The translations under genes and the position numbers were made by a program. A stretch of 64,000 bases of DNA, taken from Paramecium tetraurelia (Eukaryota). The DNA lies in the NCBI GenBank assembly GCA_000165425.1, contig CT868028.1, forward strand, positions 1 through 64,000, written 5' to 3'. The first letter of the stretch is position 1; every line of letters starts with the position of its first letter. The notes under the pieces were generated by a model. It saw only the letters and a program-made list of their open reading frames with translations, was not told where the DNA came from and searched no databases. This document shows positions 27,052 through 40,213 of the stretch, in pieces.

Positions 27052-28549
27052 ATGGAATAGTAACATTATTACATAATAATTATAGCATCTGGATTATATG
27101 CAGATACTATTAACATTGTAGTTAGATAGAAGAAAAAGAATATCGATATACCTTAAGGATAAAAAGATAAGGATGTATTGGATGAAGTTTAGAAGGAATA
27201 GGATCTGAAGAAAATAACAATTAAAAAAGAGTGAACAAGAATAGGATCAATAGTTAACACAATAATAATTGGCATTGTAATAAAAAAATGAAGTTGAATA
27301 ATAGAAGGAATTATTGGAAAGAGAGGAAGAAAAGAAAATTAAATTTAAATTGGATTTCTCAATAGAGTAGATCAAATACAAATACTTATTCCCATTTAAT
27401 CAGACATTTTAAAGAGAAATAGAATTAGAATATGGTCAATTAGGACAGACTAGAATTTCAATAAAATGATGAAACGCATTCAGAACATGATAAGTTTTTG
27501 GTCTTTGAGAGCAAAATATTCTAATTGCCTTTTATTCATATAGAAATTCCAGCACCGCTACTGAAGGATGTACAGAGACCTCCGAACATCAAACCAGAAG
27601 ATATTGAAAAAGTCTTAAAATAAATAGATAAATTGTTTCCTAAAAGCATCTTCCCAATAAAGGCAAGCGCTAAGAGTTAAGAGAAATAATAGTAATAGTA
27701 ATAACAAGTAAATAAAGAAAAAGTAAGTGATGATGTAGAAACGCGATATATAGTATTTGAGAAACATTAGGTTGACAATGTATTTTAATTGATCCAGAAA
27801 AGTGAGATGGTAAAATTGATTGGATTGTTCCTTCATTTGTCGTATTGGTTAGTGTTTGGTGTAACATTGCCAATTTAAATATAAACACTAACAAAAAAGT
27901 AAATGTATATATAGATGATGGAAATCATTGAATCATTTCAATCATTTTATGCTCCTAAATTGTGGATGCATTTAATTATGCCTATGATATTAGTTTCATT
28001 GAAGATGGCTACTGAATATTTATACAAAAATCATTACATTATATTTTTTGAGAAACCGAGAACAGAAATAAACACACCAGGTAATATTGCTATGGATAAA
28101 ATCTTTCATTTTGCTGATAGATTATTTGATTAGAATAATTTATTTTGCAGATTCATATTTTTAGAGAGTAGCAAATAAAAAAAGATAGGTAATGATGCTA
28201 AATTTATGCATAAAAGAATATTTGGTGTTTCACCTTATTTAGATATCATGATTTAGAATCCATAAAACAGTAGAACTAGAGCCATCATAGCTAAACAAAG
28301 GGATATAGACAGTATTTCTATTTTATTAACTTTTTAGTAAGAGATAAAATATTAACAATAGGTGAGAGGAAATTGACTCAAACAATGCCACCCATCTTGA
28401 GATAACAAAGTACTAAGGAGGAGAAGGACAAAATAGAAATAGCGTAGAAAGCTAAAATGTTTAGTGTTGTGTTAAGTAGAATGCAGTAAGACTTCGAGAA
28501 AGTGTTGAAGGAGAAGGAAGTCTTAAAGCTGAAATAGATTCAATGTTGA
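27052..28549 (+). CDS. Hypothetical ciliate protein
   Basis: Long code-6 ORF with one inferred 23-nt intron; start uncertain. Confidence 0.65.
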
Positions 28550-28630
28550 AGACATTCAACGCTAGATTATAGATTTTTTCGTATATATTCTATTAAGTTA
28601 ACATATGTGATATTAAAGTGCATAAAGAAT

Positions 28631-29325
28631 TCATTACAAGGGTTGTCTTTCTTTTCTTATCCTTTTTTGGGTTTTAGGCTTTTCATTCTACTTTTTGATT
28701 TCATTAAAAAGGTCTTCATCCTTCCCATTGTCACAATGATCACAATTACACTCAACAGTACATTTTTTCCCCCTGATAAAACATTCACAATATTTCTTCA
28801 CACATCTTGTCTTGGAGCAATTACATCCCCAGATTTCAACCGTCTCAAATATTTTTTCTTTTGGAACCTTCTTATTTCTGTGAGCCTTCTTCTTTACATA
28901 ATCCACAGCCTGCATTCTTTTCATTTTAAATTCTTCCGTATTTTCACATTCTTCACATCTACATGATTTCCCACAAAATCTCCCATTGTGGAAACAAGAA
29001 CAATACATCTTTAAGCAATGAGTCTTTTAGCAACTGCAAGGCTAGAATTCTTCCTATTTAATTTCTTCTTTCTACTCTTGTAGGTTTTCGTCTACATTTG
29101 GGCTTTCATCGTGTATGTTATTTGTTTCCCCATAAGCGATGTGTTATTTTTCAGGAACTAGTTCAGGCTCTATGTATGAATTCCTATAATATTAAATTTC
29201 TTTTACCATTTTTCTAGCTTTGGAGGATGCCTTTGGTATTCTTAATCGCTAAAATTGGAGCACATGCTGAATAGCTTCTATAAAAATGGGGGTTTCAAGT
29301 CATCTATGTATTCTTGGTTACACAT
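28631..29325 (-). CDS. CRC (tesmin/TSO1/LIN54-like CXC) domain protein
   Basis: CSCQKTHCLKMYCSCFHNGRFC..CEECEN and GCNCSKTRCVKKYCECFIRGKKC..CDHCDN; start approximate. Confidence 0.9.
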
Positions 29326-29600
29326 TAGAAGGAAGTACTAATATCGAAAAATTATTAATTATAAAATTCCTACTTTTTCAATTAAATGGCAAAGATTACA
29401 TCGGCATTCATCATATTCTGCAGATTTAATAAACTTCTCATTTACTCTAGAATCCCGTTGCTGATTATATAGAATTAAAATTATTAATTTCCTATCATTG
29501 AGTCATTTTGCTCCTTTTTTATTAACGATAATATGAAAATTATTATTTTATTAAATACTTCAAAATTGAATAATATATTTATCAATTAATACTATCAAAA

Positions 29601-31157
29601 ATGAACAAAGATATACTTTCAGATCCATGCTCCAGTCAAAACACGTCAGAATTGCTTCATTTTATACTTAATTCAAGCAAATAGTCAAATAAATTCAAAA
29701 GAGTTCTCCCTCGATTATCAATCACAGAAACCCTAAACAATTCCATTCCACGCTCTCGACTCATGTCTTTAAACCATGAACCTACTGGTTTCATTACTTC
29801 AAGAATTAATTAAATTCAATACACAGGAGATTATTGCTATAAAGCTTAGAATAATCAAACGTTACTGCTAAAACATTAGCCAGAGAGAAATGCAGATACA
29901 ATGGAAAAATCTATTGAGTGTAGTCCATCAGTTCGTTCTTAATAAACAACAAAGGTAATTGAGACATGATAGGAAGTTTAAATGTCCATCTATGTTAGAG
30001 TCAATCAGATAACGGAGAAATTACACTCTCTAAAAGTACCTAGATGACAATTTAACAGTATTTTGTGAAATCATAAAAAAGAAGGACATTGAAAAATTGA
30101 TCAGCTTCTTAAATTATCCATTTCAATATTCTTAAGAATTAAATGTAACCGTATAATATTAATTAATAGCATTTAGAGACATTTTGCGAATTGCTGTATT
30201 TTATAGCCTATTACGGTAATACAATATTACAACTTAATAAGGCAACATTTTTATTTAAGGATTGTTTAAAATTATCAGAATTGTGTAGAAATCACAAACT
30301 GAAAGTTAAAATTTTGATTTAATTATTTTCAATTGCAAAGCAGTAATACTAATGCAATATTTAATAGATTGAAACAATATGACAAGGCTCATAAATTCAT
30401 ATTGAAAGCACTTCAATATGCTTGGGCTAATAATTTTGATGACTATGAAATAGATTGCTACGATAAATTGGGTATTTGTTATTTCTATATGGGCGATATC
30501 AACAAAGCAAATCATCTACATAATAAATGGGTAAAGTGTGAAATCGAAACCAGGGATTCCTATTATCGAATAACTTCCAAAGAGTTTATCTAATTATATG
30601 AAAGATCATAACCACTTTGTCGAGAATTTGACGATAAAATTTCAAGATATATTCACATCCCATTTATGAATATTAAAACTGGATAGGCATTTGATTCGAA
30701 TTCAACTATAAAGTATAATACTTGTGAGGCAATTTCATTAATGAATGATATTCTTCTTGGACTTGATTACACAGAATACTTTTTAGAATACCATTAGATT
30801 GGATAAACTCAAAAACCACAGCTAAAAAAATCATCATTGCCCAGAAGAGCACTTGAAATTATGCAAAAATATAACAACAATAAAGATAAATATGTATTTG
30901 ATCATAAGATTCACGAAAACCCTATTTATAAATTATCACTTTAGGAAAAGGTTGACTATAGGAAATCCAAATTCTACTCTCTTGATTCTGTGTAGTAAAA
31001 CATCTAAAAATACATTTCTGAATAGAGGGAACCGTTCAAAAAAAGTGAAAAGATTTATGTTAAGGAATCTCAAAGAAAGGATTTGTCGCCTGAGAATGGA
31101 AACCAATTGTCTTTACATTTTAGAAAGATTTTGGTGAGCATAATTAATTAAAATTGA
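29601..31157 (+). CDS. TPR-containing protein
   Basis: YDKAHKFILKALQYAW..EIDCYDKLGICYFYMGDINKANHLH. Confidence 0.8.
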
Positions 31158-31209
31158 AAAATATTTAAATATATATTTGTTTCCCTTGCTATTTAATATT
31201 TAATTAATA

Positions 31210-33970
31210 ATGTAAGATTAAGAAATTCTGAAAAATGAAAACAAACCTTTCATTCCTCAATAACCAAAACCAATTAATCGGACTGTTCTTCAATCATTAC
31301 TCCATGAGTATCATATTCTCATTAAAGGACTAAGAAACTAGTAAAATTATCACTATCCTCTAGAGAATATCAAGATTATTGCAATGTTAAAGGAGCTTGT
31401 GGATAAACTATTCCACTTATCCTCATTCTACCAATCAGTCTTGCTATAGGTACGTCTTAACTGATGTTGCTATTTTTTTAAAATATTCAAGACGGTATAT
31501 TTTGATACTATGTTGTTAAAAAGGACCTGTATTGCCTGCCTTGATTTAATTTCTTTTATTATAAGCTGCCCAAACTTTGATACTGTATATGATTCTTAAA
31601 GCCTGTGAAGTTATTCCCAAAAAAATTGAAAATCCTTTATTATTTGGCAGGATAACATCTTACATTTTCACCTGTTTAAGCATTGCTGAGGGAACATTAC
31701 TAATTGTATTCATATCAGTTTAATATTAAAAAGGAAAGAATAACAAATTTCAACGAATTGTCATAATCTTATTTTTGGACTATTATTGGATTAATAATTT
31801 GGTAAAAGGTAAATATTCATATTAATAAGATAATACAATTATTTATTTATGATTATAAACTTAGAATAGGCTTAATAATATTTTTGTATATCTATTATGT
31901 ATTTAGAGTTGATAGCGATTTATTCATTAGAGTAATTGTTTTGGCTATTTTTAGGATATAATAAAAGTAATAGCTTACATATTATTGGAAATTATTTTCA
32001 TTATCGATTCTGAATTAAAGAATTACTCTCAATATTAATTCGAAAATAATATGTAATTTAGAAATAACAAAGAAGAAGTTCAATTCATGATTCCATAAGT
32101 CCACATGCAGACACAACAATAGATTTTGGAATTAATTACTAATCAATTTCCCATCATTCTATTTGATTAGACTAAAGAATTAATTCATATCTCAGGAATA
32201 GGATTAAAATAATTGTAATTGGAAGAAGATTAAAACATCGATTTGATATCAGCAGAGGTCAAAATAAGAAAGATGGAGGTCTTAAAATTATTCTCAACAA
32301 ATTAATCTAACAAAGATAATTTAGTTTAATTGAAAAGATTGGCTAAATTTGGATCTACTTGTGGAACTAATGAAAAAGGAGAGTTATTGCATTCCCTTCT
32401 AAATGGACCAGCTCTTTAGCAGTTGCGTATATTGAGATAGCCACAAGAAAATCAAAGAGTCATTCATTACAATCCAGATGGTATTTTAGAGTAATTACTT
32501 AATAATTTAATAAATGAATAATAGACTGAATACAAAGGAATATCTAAATTTAATCTACCAAAAAATCAATGCAAATACTTTTAATTTACTTTAATTAAAG
32601 TACCCAAGGGAGATAACTTTTAGATTTTCTTAATTTTAGAAGATATAACTTAATTATATCAAGATATCAATTTGAACTAGAAAAATGAAGATGATGACCT
32701 TCCAATTATGTGTCAAGAATTCAGATAAATGTTGTTCTGCTAATAATAATTTTAAATTCCTCTCAAATTGCTCAACATTGAAATCAAAAATACACTCAGG
32801 TGTTCCAAAACTTAATATTTACAAGAGGAATTATTTGATGCAGACAACTTAATTAAATAATTATAAGAAAAGTATCAGAACCAAATTAATCCTAATATTA
32901 AATTATAATTCTTAAATAACCTAAAATAACATACTGGGGAATTTAAAACAGATCAATTGAGATTAACATAAATTATGTAAATTCTACTGGATAATAGCAT
33001 TAAAAATACTAAAGAAGGATTTATAAAGATAATTATTGAAGATGATTTTAGATAGAATTGTATCTAAATAGTAGTTGAAGATACTGGTAAAGGAATTAAT
33101 TTGGATATCTTCTAAGAAGAATTTAATGTTAATTCAATCCGATCCTTGCAAATAGTTAATTACATAACTAAGATTTTAGGTCCTGTATTTCAATGCAAGA
33201 AAATAACAGGCCAGCTTGCTAATAAAGGATTAAGAATTAAGTCCTTACAGGATTGTGGTACAAGAATATCTTTTTCAATCAGAAATCTAGCTTTAGATGA
33301 GTTTAGTACTCAGTTCATAATAGATGAAGAAATAACTCAAGACGAAATGGACGTTGATGTTGAAGAGAATGAAATCATGGAGAGGTACATAAGAGATGAT
33401 GATCAAATATAACATTTATAAAGACTTAATAAAGGATTGAGATCATTAATTATTAATAGATAATAAACTCAAAAGATTGCTAAGCCAATAGATATCAACA
33501 CTAACAAAAAATAAACTAAATTAGTTGGCATGATGAAACTATAGGAGTTGGGGAGATTCAAGAATATTTAAAAATAGAATGAATCTTGTTAATGTAGTTA
33601 CAAATTAATTATCAATTCAAATTAAGAATTTGAAAGAGTCATCAAATAACATACATAGGACAATGTTTCATTTATTAATGAACAAGATTCATACAAACAT
33701 ATTAGTTTAAGATTAAGAGATAAAGTTTGTTAGAATAATTCTTGTTAATATTTTAAAAATATCATTGTCAATTGTCACAACACTAATTTCAATTATAGAG
33801 AGTAATTATTATTCATTATATTTAGATTAATAACAAAGATTCTTGGAATCAATAATAATTTTAAAATTATTATTTTAATATATAATTCCTATGGGGAAAT
33901 GGACACATTAGGAAATTGCTTCATGATGCCAATTCAATTGGATATGTTACTATAATACTTATAAAGTTGA
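31210..33970 (+). CDS. Hybrid histidine-kinase-like membrane protein with degenerate H-box and receiver; start uncertain (alternative ATG 31589)
   Basis: N-terminal TMs; FKTDQLRLTQIMQILLDNSIKNT (N box), VEDTGKGI (G1), GTRISF; C-terminal receiver-like remnant. Confidence 0.75.
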
Positions 33971-34189
33971 GATAGTTATTATAAATATTAACATTCATTG
34001 ATAATATATTAGATTCAAACGTAAGTAAGAAAACATTAAAGTGATTTCTTAAAAATCAAAATCTTGTCAACTTACTTCCAAGCTAAGTTTAAAAATAACT
34101 CAAATTCAAGAATCTGAGATATAATTTTATATCAGTATACTTTATATACTTCTATTTTTAATTATATTATTGTGATATAAAAATTAAAA

Positions 34190-34881
34190 ATGAATTAATA
34201 AGACGAGGATCCTAAATATTAGTAGCCTCACGAACAACGGATAAATTCTTATTTGAAAAAACCTGTCAAATTGACCTAATTGGATCCGGAGATAATGAAG
34301 GCATATTCAGAGTAGATTGGAAAAAATCCTCAATAGGCTATGCCAAAATTGTCGTGGTAAATTATAATTGCAAATTGACAAAAGGTGGCAATAATTCTTG
34401 CTTAGACCTGATATTAGAAAGAAGTACAATTCATATAGAAGATTTTCGAAGGAAACATTACCTATGTTGGTCTTTGTAGTATTTTCAACTGGAGTATTGA
34501 TAAAAATGGAAGGACAGTATGATAAGATGAAGTAGAAAGTATAAAGCTCAAAGACTCTAAAGGAAATTGAGATTGAATAAGAGGATGCTGTAATATTTGT
34601 TACTTATTTAGTATATTAGAGCAGCCTTGGAAGGAAAGAAAATAAATTTGGACGTAACAATTTAAGAGCCAAGAAAGGAACAAAGGTACAAGTTTGAAGA
34701 CGATGATGATGATCAAAATTTACCTGGGTTCGATACCTAGGATGACTTTTATGAGGGATTAGCAAAAGAGGCCAAGTAAGGAGGCAACATTCCTCAGGAA
34801 TATTAGCAATAATATTTGGAATATTAGTTCAGAAAGAAGAAGGGAGATGATGAATAATAGAAGTCTAAGTTTGATTTATGA
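34190..34881 (+). CDS. Single-TM protein, possibly COX16-like
   Basis: Code-6 ORF with two introns; FSKETLPMLVFVVFSTGVL..QYD..KTLKEIE resembles COX16 (tentative). Confidence 0.65.
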
Positions 34882-35004
34882 TATATAATTGTATTTATTT
34901 ATAATCAAAGCAACCAATATACAATGAGAATTAATTGATTTAGTAATACAGAAATTTATACTATAGATAACATTGATTCTTATATTTATGCATAAAAAAA
35001 CACC

Positions 35005-36050
35005 TCATTTGTTTTTCTTTCCTCCTTTTTATTTCTTGTTTGGTGAATCAACTTTAACCCAACCATCATCACTAATAAAATATTATAAATAATTACTCTC
35101 CATCTTCATTATCTTCATGTTTTTGTTATTTAGCATTAGTATTTTTACCTTTAGATCTATACAAAAATAAATTAAATAAAATACCCTTTTTATTATTATT
35201 TGGCAGCTTGAGCAAGTTCTTCTGCAGCCTTGATAGCAAGTTCTGCAGCAATTCTTGCATCTTCAGCAGCTTTTGCAGCAGCAGCGGCCTTAGCTTCAGC
35301 TTACTTTTAAGCTTCAGCCTATTATTATTGTTTCAAAAGACTGGCTTTTTTATTTTTTCTTGGATCTTAGACTTCTTCCCATCCTTCATCATCATCTTCA
35401 ACATGTTAGGGTTATGGTTTTTATTTTTCTTATGTTTATTTTCCTTTTTCTTTGGTTTACTATTTTTTATTCTATTGTTATTACTATTATTGTTGTTATT
35501 ATTATTACTATTGTTATTATTATTATTTTTGTTATTATTAAGTTTATTATTGATTTTATTTTTTGTTTTATTATTAATTACCATTAGTTTATTGTTATTA
35601 TTATTTTGAATTGTTTTTAGTTTCCTAAACTTTTTTTTTTTCTCCTTCACTTTCTGATGGAGAGGAAGCTCTTTCAGGTGACTTTTTATCTGGAGATTCA
35701 GAAGATTGGGATCTTTGTTATCTCTTCAATTCTTGAGCTTCAAGTTATTTTTATCGTTTCTTTTCTTCCTTTAATAATCTTCTTCTTTCGTATAATTCAT
35801 CCTTTGTTAATTCCTCACCATCAGTTGAATTAGTTTAATTAAATGGTAACTTGTCCCAACCTAATAAGATACTTGCATAGAGAAATCAAATACACAATAG
35901 ATCCTAAAGAAAGAACATATCCAATGCATGTTTCAAATGGTCGTTAAGCAACTTTGAGTGTACCCAAACCAACTCTAAATATAGATGAATAAGCTCTTAC
36001 GCGAAAGCTGCAACAAGTCCGTATTGAATTTGCTTGGATAATTAAGGCAT
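35005..36050 (-). CDS. N-terminally membrane-anchored protein with TAA-encoded poly-Gln and low-complexity tail
   Basis: Two hydrophobic segments at N terminus, Q/K/A-rich tail, several short introns. Confidence 0.8.
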
Positions 36051-36129
36051 GTATAATTAATAATTAATAAAATGACAAGTGTATTAATTAATTTATATGG
36101 TGTATTAATTATATATATATATATATTTT

Positions 36130-37513
36130 TCAATCTGTTAACTCGTCTGAATCGTTTAATATAAGTCCATTTTCATGAAAATCTCTTTCTTACATAGCTT
36201 TAGAGTCATGATACGTTCTTTGTAGAATGGTATGTGACAATACTCCAATTCTGAGATCCATTTGTTTAATTTCTAACTAAAAAGAACTAAAACTCAGTAT
36301 TACCCTTAATTTAGTTATAGATGCCTTGATTCTGATTACAGGAGATTAATCAGTAGAGATACTACCATGTTCATTTAATTTGTTTTGTACAATCTCATAC
36401 TTATCCGAAATTTATTTGTATTGATCTCCCATTTCCTTGATCGCATTTGTATAATTCTTGCATTGAGATTCAATCCTCTTGACTTCTTCATTCTTCTTTT
36501 TGTATTCACTCCCCTAGTTTATTCAATTTCAACCATACCATATCATGCATATTTTCATTAATATTATATTCTCTCTTACTAATCCTGTCCAAAATCTCAG
36601 ACAATTCATCAGTCAATCTTTCCAGTTTAACCCTTGCCTCCGGTAGAATTGTTTTAATTTATGATGAATATTATTTAGTTGCATCAAAATGTTATCTCCA
36701 CTCTCCAGCATTCGGTTTGATTACTATCTTGATCTTTTGTGCAGCTCTCTCTACTTCCTTGGCCCATTCCTATGGATTCACATTAGATTCTATCACCATC
36801 CTCTCTTCACTTCGTATTAATAGCTTATTTACTCCTTTTAGAATCCCTATTCATTAAACACATCTTCTGGTTCTTCATCCGACGCCACTTCTGGATCAGA
36901 ATCTGATGACACACTCCCAGTTTCCTAAACAGGTTCTTCATCTTATCGACTTTTAGGTTATGACTATACACTTACGTCTAAGATTGTTATTCTATTTTTG
37001 CTTTCTTAAACTGAAACTTCTTTTTTTAGATGGCTTTCGTAGCCAATTGCTAGAGCACATAAACAACATATTCCCCAAACCCTTATTTTAATTTAAGTGG
37101 GGGGAAGTCGACTTCTATTCCCATATTTTTGACTTCATTTACTATTCCAATTAGAAGGTAATATACATATATTCTAGGACAATGTTACAGGGTCATCTAA
37201 CTTATTAAAATCAGCAGTTTGCACATCATTCTAAGAAAACAGCCATTTTACCAATCTAAATAAAATAAAGATACTATACGTTTTAAATTGGCCGAATTAC
37301 TCACTCGAATTAGTTTAATTGACAAAGTATGCTCTATTCAATGGTTTCCCACCTCTAGTTATTGGAATTTAAACTTACTTTTATTTCACATAACTTTATT
37401 CATAATTCAATAATATTAGTTTTTCATACAAATCTTCCATCATGGCAGTTACATCCAATTATTCCTATTCAATTAACATATATTCATACTTAGCCTACCT
37501 GCTGTTCGGACAT
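36130..37513 (-). CDS. IFT57: Intraflagellar transport protein 57
   Basis: MEDLYEKLILLNYE..KPLNRAYF..EQF, EWAKEVERAAQKIK..EWRQH, coiled-coil C terminus MDLRIGVLSH. Confidence 0.92.
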
Positions 37514-37573
37514 AATTAATTTTATTTATTATTCAAATATACAAATACATATATATATATATTTAATCTTCTT

Positions 37574-39065
37574 TCAAACTTACCAATTATGCAACATTAT
37601 CTTTTATAAGGACAACAAAGCGTGTTCTCTGATCTATTAATCATCATTTCTAGCTTATCTCATAATCTCTTGTTTTGCATTCAATTACTCTAACACTCTA
37701 TACTCACATAATTTACTTACACTTTTCCAAAAGGATGGAATCTGCAAAACTCTCCCAAATCATAACAAGCCACTGCCACATTTTGATTGTTATTTGATTT
37801 TAGAATTTCTGCCAATTTTCTAATCTCAAAATTTATTTAATACCTAATCAATAAGAAATCATTCTCTTCAAACTTCTTCACATTCTCCTTCCAAAACTTT
37901 TCAGTGTGAACTGGACTCCATGTTAGATTTTAAGCATTCAATTCCTTAACATATTTCTCAAAAGATCTATGCATAGAGTATTAATATACGTTAATATTTT
38001 CATATTCTTCTCTAATATTTCTCCAACATACTTGATATCATCTATCAAATCTTAATCTTTTAAATTTCCCTTCAAAAGTAAATCAACCACTTTGATCAAT
38101 CCGTTATCAACCATTAATTCTATACTTTAAGGTGACACATCAACTAAATTCCTAAAACAGGCAAAGGAAACTCTTAAGATCTTCTCTCTTGATATCTTCT
38201 ACACTGATTCTATTATCAATCTGATCAACCCAACAGTGGGATCACTAAATAATGGAATAGATTCAGTTGTAAAACTGAGCAACCATAAAGCTAAAATTGT
38301 ATAATATGCAATCTATAAATCTGTTGAATACTTTGATAATAAATTCGATATTCTAAAATGAACAAACATAAATACATCCTAATTCCTCCACTCTTAATAA
38401 ATTGGATCGCAAGAGCTTCATGTTTCAAGAAATGAACACAAATTGGCATGATCATAAAATCTGCAATTTTTAATTTATTTCCTTTAATGGTGATATTATA
38501 TAGTGATTACCTATTCCTCCTAAGAAGAGTATCACCCATTCCTTTGCATCATTTCCTCCTTCTTCAGCTATTATCATGGTAGCAATCTTGGCAGCTGCCT
38601 CATATGCCATTGGATCATATCCATCAAGGAATAAGAATTGCTTTAACTTAGGTAATACTTGGGGAGTCAAGGCTCTCATGAATTGTTTAAATAATCTCTG
38701 ATTGTCTATTTGAATTATTTGTGAGACATACCTGAGATGATTGCCTCAATTGTGGTCAGAATATAAGACATCAAAGGCTTATCATGAATAAGGTTTTCTA
38801 TGATATCCAAAACCATTGAAAAGACTCCAACAGAATCAGTTTCCAAGAGTTTCTTCTGTTCTTACAACTAAATAATTTGATTCATCTATTCTACCTTTCC
38901 TTAAGTGAATTTAATGAACATATCTTTGGTCTCTCTCTTGATTGATTTGCCATGTTGATCCAATTACTTAAAGCAATCTTCGCAATCCTTCATCACTTTG
39001 CTTAGGTACTATTCCCTTTAATAAAAAGTTATGGATTGGCAAAAATATCTCCTTTGTCTGAACAT
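37574..39065 (-). CDS. ATP6V1H: V-type ATPase V1 subunit H
   Basis: REKILRVSFACFRNL, WSPVHTEKFWKEN, VACYDLGEFCRFHP, ALLSLQKIMLHNW. Confidence 0.95.
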
Positions 39066-39086
39066 ATTAATTTATTTTATATATAT

Positions 39087-40188
39087 TCAATATGATCCAT
39101 TAGGTAAATATATCGATTGTGTTTAATTGATTTGTCCAGGTCTCTAGAATGGTTGGGTGTACACTGAGTTATAAATGTTATATTGTTGACTCTATTTCAT
39201 CTAATATCTGGAGTAGAAGTCTAAATTGTTGTTGATTTCATTCTCGAAATGAGATAGCACCTCCTTTAAATCGTTGAATCTTGGTCTGATTTCCACTTCT
39301 GATACCATCTGGTAAATTAAATTAGTAAAAAGTGTTGAATAGCCTCTCTGTTATTAATTGATCATTGGCTTTGATGACTTTATCTACATAAACTTCCTTT
39401 TTAACCCAATCATAATACTATTCAGAGGAACTAAGGCTAGCCAATTCCAACAGGGTTAATCCTAGAGCAAACACATCGCCCTTGATTAAATCTACGTTTG
39501 GCGATGAATTATTTGCTCTCAATTCTTTCAGTAATTCAGGAGAGAGATATTGAAATTCATTCAATAACAATGCCTTCTAATATCCAGTCATACTCCCATA
39601 GATGAAATTGTACTCCTAAAATTTATAGTTATATAAATACCGTTAATTTCACACTTTGATCAGGATGCAAATAGATGTTTTTAGATTTAATTTCACCATG
39701 ATGTCTACCGTTCTTTTCCAAAAATGTGCAAGCATTGACAATTTAAAGTGTTATTTACCATAATCTGGATTCTGGAAATTGCGAGGTAGTATTATTGTAA
39801 TTTTTAGACAAATAATTCGTTTTCATTTCATTTTAGATGTTATTGTAAAAGAATTCTCCAATCACTGTTAACTAAGTTTGATCCTAACATAAGATTTGAC
39901 TATGTTATTCAGAGATGAAAAATATTTATGTAAGATGGTCATTGTTGTAGCATTTCCTATTTTTGTAATGAGCTAACATAAGTTTGGCTTCCTCTGATGT
40001 TGTGGGAGTCTTATGAAATTCAAAAATAGAATAATTCTAGTCAATCGTAGATCAATTACATTATCATCTTTGAGAGTGTGTACTCTGATCATACCCAACT
40101 AGTGATGATGAATCGACTCCTTCAACTTGAATTTCTTCATCACATTCTCGTACTTCTCTTCTTACAATTTTTAATTTGAATTCCCCAT
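39087..40188 (-). CDS. Protein-kinase-fold protein, probable pseudokinase
   Basis: MGNSNQK start; HHGEIKSKNI (HRD equivalent), QEYNF at the DFG position, YLSPE, GDVFALG, RPRF. Confidence 0.82.
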
Positions 40189-40213
40189 TAAATTTATAAT
40201 TATTAAATTATAC

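Noticed and set aside
35208..35650. Poly-Leu/poly-Ile/poly-Asn ORFs in the ORF track
   Set aside because: Antisense or off-frame readings of a TAA/CAA poly-Gln tract in code 6
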